DNA from: an uncultured Nitrososphaeraceae archaeon
GTDB taxonomy: Archaea > Thermoproteota > Nitrososphaeria > Nitrososphaerales > Nitrososphaeraceae
NCBI GenBank assembly: GCA_963825865.1
Contig: CAWGVG010000060.1
Location: 96,001 to 160,000 of the forward strand
DNA: 64,000 nt
Reading direction: 5' to 3'
Below are positions 46,131 through 56,731 of the stretch, piece after piece. Under the pieces are notes generated by a model. It did no database searches. It had not been told where the DNA came from and was given only the letters and a program-made list of their open reading frames with translations. Position numbers and translations under genes: made by a program. Each line of letters starts with the position of its first letter. Position 1 is the first letter of the stretch.

Positions 46131-46170
46131 ATAATCATCAAACAGGCAATTTAAGGGGTCAATTAGCAGC

Positions 46171-46797
46171 CTATACTTTTTGTATTCGGGATGCATATCT
46201 ATTAAGATAGCCGGTCATCTCACTTTTTCCAACTACAAAACGCCAGTCTTTATCCAATCCATGGCTTATCCCTATTCTCCCGGTCGCAACTGTGTCAAAG
46301 ACATCAAGTCCAAATTCTATATGCAATTTACTTTTTGTATCCGTCATATCTTCTTCATTGAGAGCTTTGGTAATATTCAATGCCTGGGTAATTTTCCCAG
46401 GACCAGAAGTCAAAGATAACGGGTCATCTGTTTTACGAAAACGCTTCATCAGGTCAATGCCTTCTAAAGGCTGTAATGCTCTTATGAGAACAGCACCCGC
46501 TTTGATTCCAGCTGATCTTGCTGATACATTTACACAAAAATGGCTTCCATATGTATAGTAGATATATGCTCGGCCTACACCACCGAACATTGCACTATTT
46601 CTCGAACTTTCACCTCTATAGGCATGACTTGCTGGATCGTCTTTGAAGCCATATGCCTCTGTTTCAACAATTACACCAGATATTCGAGTCAGTTGACCCA
46701 TTGTATTAACAATTAGACGGACTAAGGTTTTTCCTAGTAATTTTTTAGCAACGATTTCAGTTGACCTAGAATAAAACGAAGAATCTGGACTGCTCAA
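46171..46797 (-). CDS. mpg: 3-methyladenine DNA glycosylase (MPG/AAG)
   Basis: IVETEAY..DDPASHAY, AYIYYTYGSHFCVNV, AVLIRALQP, GPGKITQAL, RIGIS, WRF. Confidence 0.95.
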   Translation of the reverse strand: MSSPDSSFYSRSTEIVAKKLLGKTLVRLIVNTMGQLTRISGVIVETEAYGFKDDPASHAYRGESSRNSAMFGGVGRAYIYYTYGSHFCVNVSARSAGIKAGAVLIRALQPLEGIDLMKRFRKTDDPLSLTSGPGKITQALNITKALNEEDMTDTKSKLHIEFGLDVFDTVATGRIGISHGLDKDWRFVVGKSEMTGYLNRYASRIQKV

Positions 46798-46932
46798 AGG
46801 TAAACTCGCAATTTAAGAAATATATAACAAAGTTTTTAATATAAAAGGTTTTTAAAAGATAATAAGATTCTTTTAACTTATCAATTTTTAATCCTCCGTA
46901 TTGTGATTAGAAGACTAACACAGTTTGGTTAA

Positions 46933-47280
46933 TCATTGCTTGTATGAACTATTGTTGTTATTAATTGTGTTTTTTGCTTCGTTTCTGATTCTATTGTATT
47001 GGTCCATTCTTCCATCATGACAGGCATCCAATTTATTATTATTACTTTCACAGACTTTGTTTATTCCATCTCTTAACCGGGGGTCATCACAAGCCGGTAT
47101 TCCATTTGGCAGAGACCTAATACAAATATCAAGAATTCGATTGATTTTATCATTAGCCTCAGCCTGATTTATAGGAGGAGACGGAGCAGGAGATCTCGTG
47201 TAAAATGATATGGCGCTAACCAGAACAGACAACAGAAGAACTGCCATTAGTCCTATCACCAGTACCTTTTTAGCGGCCAT
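46933..47280 (-). CDS. Secreted/membrane-anchored hypothetical protein with 4 Cys
   Basis: N-terminal hydrophobic helix, Pro-rich linker, Cys-containing helical domain. Confidence 0.7.
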   Translation of the reverse strand: MAAKKVLVIGLMAVLLLSVLVSAISFYTRSPAPSPPINQAEANDKINRILDICIRSLPNGIPACDDPRLRDGINKVCESNNNKLDACHDGRMDQYNRIRNEAKNTINNNNSSYKQ

Positions 47281-47478
47281 ACTCTACATGTCATATTTCA
47301 TTTTATGGTTATTTAGGCATTGTTAAGTGATGTCTTAAGTCCTTTGCGGTTTTGAGATTAATTGAAGGACCACATATATCCGTTCATTCATTATTTTATT
47401 GAATAGAACAAGGAAGTTAAAAACAATAACAAAAATAAAGGGAATTCAGGGAGTATTAGGAAATGAAGTGGCTATTTT

Positions 47479-48145
47479 CTAATATTTAGGATTAAATAGT
47501 TGACCTGTATTTGAAGCTTGGTTATCTGAGTTGCTACCTGTATTTGAAGCTTGGTTATTGAAGTTCCCGTAGAAGGTTTGGTCATAACAGATGTCAACTA
47601 TGCTTCTAGATAATCCGTCGGGTCCTTTTTGCTGCTTTAGATATACAACTTTGTAGTTTTGCTAAGTCTTTGTTAGAACCTCCTGTCTTGCTTGTGCTAG
47701 ATCCCTGGTCATGGTTTGCTAATATGTCTTTGTTAGAACCTCCTGTCTTGCTTGTGCTAGATCCCTGGTCGCTGTTTGCTAATATGTCTTTGTTAGAACC
47801 TCCTGTCTTGCTTGTGCTAGATCCCTGGTCGCTGTTTGCTAATAAATGCGAGTGCTTGGCAGATCCTGCTGTATTACTCGAATACGACCCTTGGTCATGG
47901 TTTGCTACTTGGTCATTGTTAGACCGGCTGGTCTTGTGCGGCATGTTGTAGTCAGCAGGCAACGATGAAGTTCCTGGAACGCCTGATGTGCTACTACTAC
48001 TGCTACTACGAGGAGTTGCTTGATCCTGGCCTATGAAGCTCTTGCTCGTCTTAGCAGCTAAAGCTGTGGCGGCAAAACTACCTGCTGTTACAAGCGCGAA
48101 CGCTGCAACAACGGCAATGATTGCCAAATTTGTTTTTGTACTCAT
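47479..48145 (-). CDS. Secreted Ser/Thr/Gly-rich repeat protein, frameshift near 47627
   Basis: Signal peptide; 20-aa repeats; rejoined C-terminus LQSCISKAAK/GPDGLSRSIVDICYDQTFYGN...PKY*. Confidence 0.75.
47666..47844. repeat. Three tandem near-identical 60-bp repeats (AN[S/H]DQGSSTSKTGGSNKDIL)
   Basis: tgttagaacctcctgtcttgcttgtgctagatccctggtc recurs at 47671, 47731, 47791. Confidence 0.97.
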
Positions 48146-48450
48146 TGCATCTGTCGCAACGATATATTTTATATGAGGTCCGTTCAACAGTATCATAACT
48201 AATTGTAAAGTTATTTTATACCGGATTTTTTAGCATCAAATATATCATTAGATAATGTTATCCATATTATATTTAATATATCTATAGCTTTCAAGAGCGA
48301 TGGTTGAATAGCATGATTTCAACATACAATCTTATAGAGATTTCTTATAAGCAAACTCCGAAGACTCGCGTTAATGTTGCTATTTCTTGTTGGGATTTCG
48401 GGATTTTAATATACTAGATCATACTAAAGAATTTGATACTAAGGTGCGAA

Positions 48451-49312
48451 ATGGTTTACATTAGAAGTAAGAAAGTAAAAGGTATTGATTATGCCTATTT
48501 AGTTAAGAGCGTATGGGATAAAAGAAAGAATACCTCAAGTCAGCAAACAATAAAGTATCTTGGAAAAGCATCAGATATAAAATTCAACGATATTCCAAAA
48601 GAGTACAGTAAGGACCCAAAGATCCTTGCATTCATTTCTTCTTACTCTGGAGACCGACTAGAGAGGGAATTACTTATAACGAGAATTCAGGAAGAAATCT
48701 TTAAATTGTTAGTCGAATGCGATGTAAAAGGATTAGTTAGAATCTATGAGAAATATCGAAGTTTGATTGAACTTAGCTCTTTTTATGATGACCTTCTAAA
48801 ACCTGTGATGCATAATATTGGAAACCTTTGGGTACAAGGCAAACTTGACGTTGCAACGGAACATGTGTGCAGCAATGCAACAAATAATCTTATAAAGTTA
48901 ATTAATGAAAAGACAAATAAGGCGAAACTTAACTTCAAATACAAGATCCTTATCTGCACACCAGAAGGTGAATTACATAATATAGCCTGTAATATGATTG
49001 AATCGCTGCTTCTCAGTAAGGGCTTTAAAATCTATAATATCTCTCCATCAGTACCTTTGGACTCTATCGTGGGCTATGTAAAGAACATTGATCCAGATAT
49101 AATTCTGATTTCTGTAACTCTTGAGGAAAATATAATGGCAGTTAAAAGGCTGATTAATCAGATCAGATCGAAATTTTCCATTCCTGTAGTTGTCGGCGGT
49201 GAAGCTGTAAATCAACTACTTGTCGGGCAGCAAGATAGATGTCATAATAATGCAAGATGGATCGCTTAGCGAGTTGGTGAAGCTAATAAATTCAGCATTT
49301 AGCACTAGATAG
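48451..49312 (+). CDS. Cobalamin (B12)-binding domain protein, CarH-type helix bundle plus Rossmann domain; frameshift near 49225
   Basis: PVMHNIGNLWVQGKLDVATEH, CTPEGELHNIA, ISVT, VVVGG. Confidence 0.88.
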
Positions 49313-49501
49313 CACTATATTGAATATTTAGTCACTATATTAATAATAGTGATAAAATCAATTATGCAAAAGAAAGAATGAGACGACTTTATCGTCTTGC
49401 AGCTCGGACATACTTTCAAGGTTATTAGAGCTTGATTGTAATGGTTTTCATGATAACCATTACTTTAATATAGAAAATCAATGAAATATGCATTATCACA
49501 G

Positions 49502-50668
49502 ATGGATGCAAGAAATATCGGTTTGAGGAACATAGAAATCGCTGATACAAAGATTAGCTCTATTGATGGCGAAAACGGTAAACTGATTTATCGCGGTTAT
49601 GATATTTTAGATCTAGTTAACCATTCTACGTTTGAAGAGACAGCTTATCTTTTGTTATTTGGAGATCTTCCAAGTGCAGAAGAATTATCCGATTTCTCCT
49701 GTAGATTAAGAGAAGAACGTCATCTCCCTGAACCGATACTATGGAATTTAAAAAACCGGCCTAATAACGCACGTCCTATGGATGTGCTTCAATCATGTGT
49801 GTCTGAGCTAGCACATTATGATTTCAATATAGGAGAAGACACAAGAGAAGCCAATATTAGAAGATCAATTATTCTTATATCGAAGATTCCTACGATTGTA
49901 GCAGCGTGGGATAGGATTCGAAATGGACAGAATGTTATAGATTCTACTGAGAAAGACTCTCATGCAACTAACTTTCTCCATATGCTTCGAGGAAGAAAAC
50001 CCACACAGGAAGAAGCAAAAGTATTTGATATTTGTCTCATATTACATGCTGAACACAGTTTTAATGCGTCGACATTTGCTGCGAGAGAGATTGCATCAAC
50101 TAGAGCCCACATATATGCTTCTATTGGCGGTGCTGTAGGTGCATTATCAGGTGAATTACATGGGGGAGCAAACATCGAAGTAATGAAGATGCTCCTAGAA
50201 ATTAATGATCTAGCTAATGCCGAAAAATGGGTTGCAAATACGTTACGAGAAGGCGGGAGAATTATGGGTATGGGCCATGCTGTGTACAAAACCACTGATC
50301 CGCGGGCGGATATACTTTCAAGATTATCAAGAGCTATGTCAAAAGAAAAAGGTACAAAGTGGTTTGAAATCACAGAATCTGTTGAAAATTCTACTAAAAA
50401 ATATATGCTCGAAAATAAAAAACAGCAAATTTATCCTAATGTCGATCTTTATAGTGCTTCACTTTATTATAGCATGAATATTCCAATGGATCTGAACACT
50501 CCAATCTTTGCTGTTTCAAGAATTGCAGGTTGGTGTTCCCATGTGGTTGAAGAGAAGTTCGCGGAAGCAGCTCCTAAGCCAGCGCTTTATCGTCCAAACG
50601 CTGTATATGTAGGAAAGTATTGTGGTCCAATGGGTTGTGAATATACTCCTATTAAGAAAAGGCAGTGA
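49502..50668 (+). CDS. gltA: Citrate synthase (type I/2-methylcitrate synthase family)
   Basis: GKLIYRGY, LHAEHSFNASTF, LSGELHGGA, MGMGHAVYK..DPRA, YPNVDLY. Confidence 0.95.
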   Translation: MDARNIGLRNIEIADTKISSIDGENGKLIYRGYDILDLVNHSTFEETAYLLLFGDLPSAEELSDFSCRLREERHLPEPILWNLKNRPNNARPMDVLQSCVSELAHYDFNIGEDTREANIRRSIILISKIPTIVAAWDRIRNGQNVIDSTEKDSHATNFLHMLRGRKPTQEEAKVFDICLILHAEHSFNASTFAAREIASTRAHIYASIGGAVGALSGELHGGANIEVMKMLLEINDLANAEKWVANTLREGGRIMGMGHAVYKTTDPRADILSRLSRAMSKEKGTKWFEITESVENSTKKYMLENKKQQIYPNVDLYSASLYYSMNIPMDLNTPIFAVSRIAGWCSHVVEEKFAEAAPKPALYRPNAVYVGKYCGPMGCEYTPIKKRQ

Positions 50669-50842
50669 CAATACAATTAGAACGTACTTGTAGTTTCCTA
50701 ACATTATAAGAGTAACAATGCGACTGACTTTTGCCTTAATTTACCAAGGATTTCTTTTTATGCTCAAAATTGAAGCCGATTTATAGATAACTAGTAGGAA
50801 GAAAGCAAAGGGCGCAAAATCTATCCTCAATGCTTATTCTTA

Positions 50843-52129
50843 TCATGACTTACTAGAAGTGGGGGGCTGAGTTGCTTTCCCCTGTCCTCTGTACCTAAAT
50901 TTATCGAGTTTTATTAATGCATGGTAGGAGCCAAATTGTGCAGGGTCCGCCTTATCCAATTCAGTTTCACCTTCCGCCTTTTCTATCCCATATACTTTTA
51001 TCAATTTATACGTAGTTGAGCGCTGGGCAGGTATCCTGCCAGATGATCTAATGATTGAGTGTATTTGCTTCGGCTTCATTAGCTGTCCGTGCTGTGCACC
51101 AGCAGATGTAGATATACTCTCATTAATTAAAGTACCTCCAAAGTCATTCGCACCGGCCCCCAGTAAAAGTTGGGACATTCTTGCTCCTTCCTTGACCCAT
51201 GAAATTTGAATGTTATTGATGTGTCGATTTAGCATGATCCGCGATACTGCGTGCATTTTTATTACCTCATTGCCCTCGGGGCCAGGTCGAGTACCGGATA
51301 TAGTGTTATGACCGTACATTGGTGCCTCACTATGCACAAAACTCAGGGGTACAAATTCAGTAAAGCCATGAGTTTCCTTCTGTATGTTTCTTATCAGCTC
51401 TAAATGTTTTGCTTTGTGTAGAGACGTTTCGATATGTCCATACATTATTGTGGAGGAAGTTGGAATTCCCATAGAATGTGCAAGTTGAATTATCTTAATC
51501 CAATCTTTTACTGTAATTCTGCCCGGAGATATTATATCCCTCATTCTCTGATCTAAAATTTCAGCTGCTGTTCCAGGAAGACTTCCGATACCGGCCTCTT
51601 TTAACATTCTCAAATATTCTTCGACTGTGACTTGAGATGCGGTAGCTCCGTAAAGGATTTCTTCAGGTGAAAAGGCATGAATATGGATATCAGGTAATTC
51701 TTTCCTCACAGCGTTACAAATATCAATATATAGATGACCGTCCATCTTTGGAGGCAACCCAGCTTGAATGCAAATTTCTGTGGCTCCTAGTTTCTGGGCC
51801 TCTCTTGCTCTTCGTACAATTTCTTCTGTAGGTAGAAAATATCCCTCTTCTTCTCGAAAATCTCTGCTAAAAGCACAAAAGCCACAACGTTTGATACAAA
51901 CATTAGTGAAATTGATGTTTCTGTTAATAACATATGTTACATTTTCTCCGACGGTCCGTCTACGCAATTCATCTGCAACGAGTACAAGCATATTCATTTC
52001 CATTCCGTTTGAATCTAATAGATCTATTGCGTGAGCCACCGAAACATCCTTGTTACTCAATGCACGATCCAATGCTGATGAAACTACGGGATCAATCTTT
52101 TTTAAAAAAGAGTCAAGAGCCAGAGTCAT
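50843..52129 (-). CDS. cofH: FO synthase subunit CofH (F420 biosynthesis, radical SAM)
   Basis: NRNINFTNVCIKRCGFCAF, SLPGTAAEILD, TIMYGHIET, GFTEFVPL, NIQISWVKEG, GANDFGGTLINESI. Confidence 0.95.
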   Translation of the reverse strand: MTLALDSFLKKIDPVVSSALDRALSNKDVSVAHAIDLLDSNGMEMNMLVLVADELRRRTVGENVTYVINRNINFTNVCIKRCGFCAFSRDFREEEGYFLPTEEIVRRAREAQKLGATEICIQAGLPPKMDGHLYIDICNAVRKELPDIHIHAFSPEEILYGATASQVTVEEYLRMLKEAGIGSLPGTAAEILDQRMRDIISPGRITVKDWIKIIQLAHSMGIPTSSTIMYGHIETSLHKAKHLELIRNIQKETHGFTEFVPLSFVHSEAPMYGHNTISGTRPGPEGNEVIKMHAVSRIMLNRHINNIQISWVKEGARMSQLLLGAGANDFGGTLINESISTSAGAQHGQLMKPKQIHSIIRSSGRIPAQRSTTYKLIKVYGIEKAEGETELDKADPAQFGSYHALIKLDKFRYRGQGKATQPPTSSKS

Positions 52130-53319
52130 TTTAGATAATCCTCTCTAATGAGTCCGGCATTATCTGAAAGCAAGTCTATATAACTTCTTAGTTTATCTGG
52201 TATAAACTCATCATCTTTGTCAAGAAACTCTGGATAAACAGGCAGACGTGCTCTTAAGTTGTAGCCTCTACTATTGGTAACACGTTTTATAAATTCTATA
52301 GATGGCCATGGAGATTCTGGATTGACATGATCGATAGTAATTGGAGAGACACCACCCCAATCATTAATACCGGCATCGATGTATTTTCCAAAATTCTCCG
52401 AATTGAGGTTTGGAGGGACTTGAATATTCATTTCTGGTATAATAATTCTAGCAAGCGCTATACTTTTAAAAAAATAGTCGTATGAAGCAGGCAATGATTT
52501 TGCCATTCCAGTCCCTGGCTTTGGTACAAAGTTTTGCATTATTATTTCTTGAATGTGACCGTACTTGTGATGGATTTCTTTAATCACATACAGAGCGTCA
52601 ATTAGCTCTTCTGGGCTTTCGCCTATTCCGACCAGTAGCCCCGTTGTTATGGGTATTTTAAGTTGTCCAGCATCCTCGAGTGTCTTTATTCTAACCTTAG
52701 GGTTTTTACTTGGTGCCATTTCATGCGGCATACCTTTCTCTATCAATCGTTCGCTCGAAGATTCTAGCATCATTCCTAAACTAACGTTAGTATCCTTTAA
52801 AATTGACATTTCTTTTTTTGTCAAGCTACCTGCATTCGTATGGGGAAGTAAACCAGTTTTTCGAAGCACCAAATCGCTCATTTCTCTTATATATTCCACA
52901 GTCGAAGAATGTCCAACGGACCTTAGCCATTCTCTCGCTTCCGGATATCTCTGCTCCGGCCTTTCTCCGGTTACAAATAATACCTCTGTACATCGAAACT
53001 TTTTGCCTGTCTCTGCAATTGCTAGGACTTGGGATGGTGTAATCATAGACGCTAATTTATCAGTTGGTTCCTTTTTATAAGTGCAATAAGAGCATGTATC
53101 CCGGCAAAGGTTAACGAGGTTTATGAATACTTTGCGAGAATATGTGAACGAACCAACTTTAATTTTATTTCTAATATTTCTTGCAATAGAGGAAATTAAC
53201 TTGTTCTCCTGGGAATCGGAATTAATTAAGTGGCGTGCATCGGTTTTAGAAATCGTTTTTCCTTCCAGTGTTTTATCTAAGATCTCCTGAAGAATTGTAT
53301 TTCTTTGCCCAGCCAGCAT
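52126..53319 (-). CDS. cofG: FO synthase subunit CofG (F420 biosynthesis, radical SAM)
   Basis: TYSRKVFI..LCRDTCSYC, LPHTNAG, TTGLLVGIGE, HIQEIIMQNF, QVPPNL, GINDWGGVSP. Confidence 0.95.
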   Translation of the reverse strand: MLAGQRNTILQEILDKTLEGKTISKTDARHLINSDSQENKLISSIARNIRNKIKVGSFTYSRKVFINLVNLCRDTCSYCTYKKEPTDKLASMITPSQVLAIAETGKKFRCTEVLFVTGERPEQRYPEAREWLRSVGHSSTVEYIREMSDLVLRKTGLLPHTNAGSLTKKEMSILKDTNVSLGMMLESSSERLIEKGMPHEMAPSKNPKVRIKTLEDAGQLKIPITTGLLVGIGESPEELIDALYVIKEIHHKYGHIQEIIMQNFVPKPGTGMAKSLPASYDYFFKSIALARIIIPEMNIQVPPNLNSENFGKYIDAGINDWGGVSPITIDHVNPESPWPSIEFIKRVTNSRGYNLRARLPVYPEFLDKDDEFIPDKLRSYIDLLSDNAGLIREDYLK

Positions 53320-53500
53320 ATCAAAATCTTTATTCCTATAGATTAGACATATCCATTATTAATAAACAATTAGAAGTTTCATGCTAAAGGGAGTTGAAAT
53401 TATGAGAATGATTAAATGTGTTCTTATGTCTCGGGGGATTTACAATAGTTAATGTAACATGCTAAATCTATAGTTGAGTTCAGAAAACATTAGCATTTCT

Positions 53501-54704
53501 CTAATCGAAAGGATGCTGGATTTCGTCAATCGTATATTGTCTGCCTCGCCAACTTACAGCGCCTCTCTTTTTTGCATCGACAATCGAAGAAATAAAACAA
53601 ATAGAAATGACTGCCCCTCCTAGAGGAGAAGCGAGTGCATATAATGGATTTTGGAACATTCCAAATTTTGACTGTATTATATTGGCTATAAATATAACAA
53701 TTATCGTCGCGAAATTGATATCCATTAGAATGTGAGTGACCAAATGATTTATAGCACGATACATTAATAACGAATATGGTAATAAAACAAAAGGTTCAAA
53801 CAACAAGAAAAATACTGCAACTGCCATAAGAGAAGCTCTGATCCTATTTTGACTATAAATAGAGACCATCAATCTACGAAGTCCGTCCCAAAGCGTCTTG
53901 AAATCTCTAGCCCAGATTGCATCTATGTGACGTTCGCCACGAACCATTTTCATTCTGAATTTTCCCTCCTTTACTCTGCTTCCTAAGGCACCATCCTCGA
54001 CAAGTTCATGCTTCACTATTTTGTGTGTTCCGACAGTTTCATAGGGTACTTCTAGTTATTATAAAAAAACTACCAAAAAAATAACCAGTTTTCGTTTTTG
54101 GATCGTTGACTCGTAAGGCAGAAAACCGACTATGCAAAAAATTGGAAAGAACTGGTAACGTAATTTTCGTCCAAATATCTTGACATAAAAGTTTAGGTAT
54201 TGCAGTAAGCGCGTCTAGATTTTGTTCTAATAAATTTGCAATGGCCAGAGACATAGTTGAGGGTGAATGAACGGTATCTGCATCTGTAAAGAGAAAGACA
54301 TCTCCAGTTGCTTTCAGATATCCTTGATAGCATGCCCAGTTCTTTCCTGCCCATCCATCTGGTTTGGGCTTTGAATCAACAACAACTAATGTACCCTGTG
54401 TTGCATATTGATACATTATATCGATGGTTCGATCGGTTGATGAATCGTTGATCGCAATAATTTCGAAATTCTGATAATCCTGATTCAGTAAACTATCAAG
54501 ACATTTTGCGATGTATTTTTCTTCATTGCGTGCAGGAAGAATCACGCTAACTTTTGGAATTTTCGATATGGGAGATTTAGTGATAGGTTCTAACATCGGA
54601 GATTGTTTTAAAGACTTAATCATATATCCAATAAAATAAATCCATGTACCAAAGATTCCAAACATTATTGCAGCCAATATTCCATTGATTATTATAATTT
54701 CCAT
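53501..54704 (-). CDS. Membrane glycosyltransferase family 2, frameshift near 54045
   Basis: [46 protein letters not shown]. Confidence 0.9.
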
Positions 54705-55015
54705 AGGCTAAAGCTCTTGCTGAACAAATATAGATTATGCTGCCTAATTTCAATGCTATTAAACTATTAGAGTGCATCCGACTATAACGATAGTTTATTT
54801 CACAATACCCATTATAATTGGGGTATATGTAGACAATCCTGGTTATCCATGATGAAAAAGCAGCGCGTTAATATCTGTTAAATCAAAATATATTATTCAA
54901 ATTTATTCCAATCTAATGGATTATTTTTAGAACTGTTCTCGTATTAAGAATGTGTATTCTAATTTCATATTATAGAAATGAAATCGTTAAAAATGCTTGT
55001 TCATACGTTATTGCA

Positions 55016-55438
55016 ATGGAAAAAACAACAACACATATGGCAGTCGTTTTAGCACTGGCTTTTGGGCTCATTTTGGGGTCAATAGGTTCCGCAAGTTTAG
55101 TACATGCTCAACAGCAACAAGCCAACACAACTGGCGGCGGCAACATGACAAGTAAAAGCACCGGTCCAAGCGCAGCTGGTAATGTAACGAATCCAACTAA
55201 TGCGACCAAATCACCAAGCGTTGTGGGAGGAGGCAATATGACAAGCCCAACTAATGCCAAAGCGGCAAATCAAACAGCGAGTATGCAATCCGGAGGAAAT
55301 AATTCAATGGCTGGGGGTACCAATGCTAGTTCTGGAAATGTAACGAAATCTGGCAATCAAACCAACAGCACCGGAAGTATGTTAAGCAAAATTCCTGTGA
55401 TAGGACCTACGCTTGGAAAGATTTTAGGCGGTAAATAA
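55016..55438 (+). CDS. Secreted low-complexity Gly/Asn/Thr-rich protein
   Basis: Signal peptide ending VHA, repeated GGGNMTS/N-x-T sequons, amphipathic C-terminus LSKIPVIGPTLGKILGGK. Confidence 0.8.
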   Translation: MEKTTTHMAVVLALAFGLILGSIGSASLVHAQQQQANTTGGGNMTSKSTGPSAAGNVTNPTNATKSPSVVGGGNMTSPTNAKAANQTASMQSGGNNSMAGGTNASSGNVTKSGNQTNSTGSMLSKIPVIGPTLGKILGGK

Positions 55439-55653
55439 TAATAAAGGCATAGATCATCCAAAACGGATAAAAATTCTTGTTGCTTTCTCCAGCAACAAGA
55501 ATAATTTATTTTATAAATCAACGGTCTGATTAGACAATGCATACGTGCACCTATATAATATCAACACTTGTCAAAAACCAGTCCTAAAAAATATAATATA
55601 ATTCTCTTTTGGTGCGTAACTGATTTTAAGAAGCAATATAATTAATTAAATTT

Positions 55654-56007
55654 ATGAATAAACCAAGCGAAGAAGAAAAATATATTGTTACATTTGAGGA
55701 GTTTTCAAAGATTCATTTAAAAATTGGCGAGATTCTTCAAGCTGAAATCATTCCGGGTATGGAAAGGTAGACCTTCTCAAGGTAAAAGTAGACATAGGAA
55801 TGGAACAAAGAGTTCGTCGGCGCTGCACTTTTTTACAGACCAGAAGAACTAACCGGTAAAAAGGTAGTTGTTTGCACAAATTTGAAACCGCGGAAAATTG
55901 CCGATATAATATCTAATGGAATGTTACTTGCTGCAGAGTGAACTGGAGCAAAGCCAGAATTCCTTGCAATTACTGAAGATATCCCAATTGGAGCAACAGT
56001 CCATTGA
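55654..56007 (+). pseudogene. tRNA-binding OB-fold protein (CsaA/Trbp111/MetRS C-terminal-like), disrupted
   Basis: VTFEEFSKIHLKIGEILQAE.. / LLKVKVDIG / [40 protein letters not shown]; two frameshifts and an in-frame TGA. Confidence 0.85.
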
Positions 56008-56011
56008 AAGA

Positions 56012-56731
56012 TTAGCCAATACCTGGTCGAAATCTAGATGGCTCTTTTTCCTTTTGAATATCTTCTAGAATTGCTTCGTATTGTTTATCAAGAGGTTTTG
56101 TATCAAGCTTAATATTTTCAATTTTTGCAAATGCTTTCACAATACTTTTAGCCGCCAACGGCTGAGGACTTGTCGCTTCTGAAATTTCACCAAACAATCC
56201 TATTGCATTAATATTTCTATCGGCTGCCAAACCCAAAATTAATCCATTGAACCATGTTATGCTATTAACCTCAGTTCCAACAAGCGCGATGTCCGATTTT
56301 TTAAATACCTCTTTTAATTCTGAGTTATTCACTACTCCGCAAACCCTTGGTGCACCTGTTAATTGTTCATGGAGATAACCACCTGCTCCGTACAAGAGAT
56401 TGACTTTACCTGTGGCTTGTACATAATCCAGGAAGGTATTGCATAAGTTATAAAGCTCCATAGGCTCCTGGGGTTGGGAGTTTCCAGTAAAGATTAACAA
56501 TTTGTTCAATTTGTTATAATATATATTGTAGATATCTAGCGCAGTCTTAACTATACCATCCGAATATAATACCCATGGTTTCTCACTGGATATTATCTCA
56601 GCTACACATTCTGTTTCCAAATTTTCTGCCAAAAACGTTGAGACAAGTCCTCCTACTCTCCCCATATCGGGAAGTGAGGCAAAAACTTTGAATTCATCTA
56701 CTTTTAGATCTTTTATAATATTTAATCTCAT
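56012..56731 (-). CDS. PAC2 (proteasome assembly chaperone) family protein
   Basis: ASLPDMGRVGGLV, IFTGNSQP, GAGG, ITWFNGLILG, GLFGE..PQPLAAK. Confidence 0.88.
   Translation of the reverse strand: MRLNIIKDLKVDEFKVFASLPDMGRVGGLVSTFLAENLETECVAEIISSEKPWVLYSDGIVKTALDIYNIYYNKLNKLLIFTGNSQPQEPMELYNLCNTFLDYVQATGKVNLLYGAGGYLHEQLTGAPRVCGVVNNSELKEVFKKSDIALVGTEVNSITWFNGLILGLAADRNINAIGLFGEISEATSPQPLAAKSIVKAFAKIENIKLDTKPLDKQYEAILEDIQKEKEPSRFRPGIG

Noticed and set aside
47666-47844. Regular repeats as a possible CRISPR array
   Set aside because: Units are contiguous, in-frame 60-bp coding repeats with no unique spacers, and no cas genes are present
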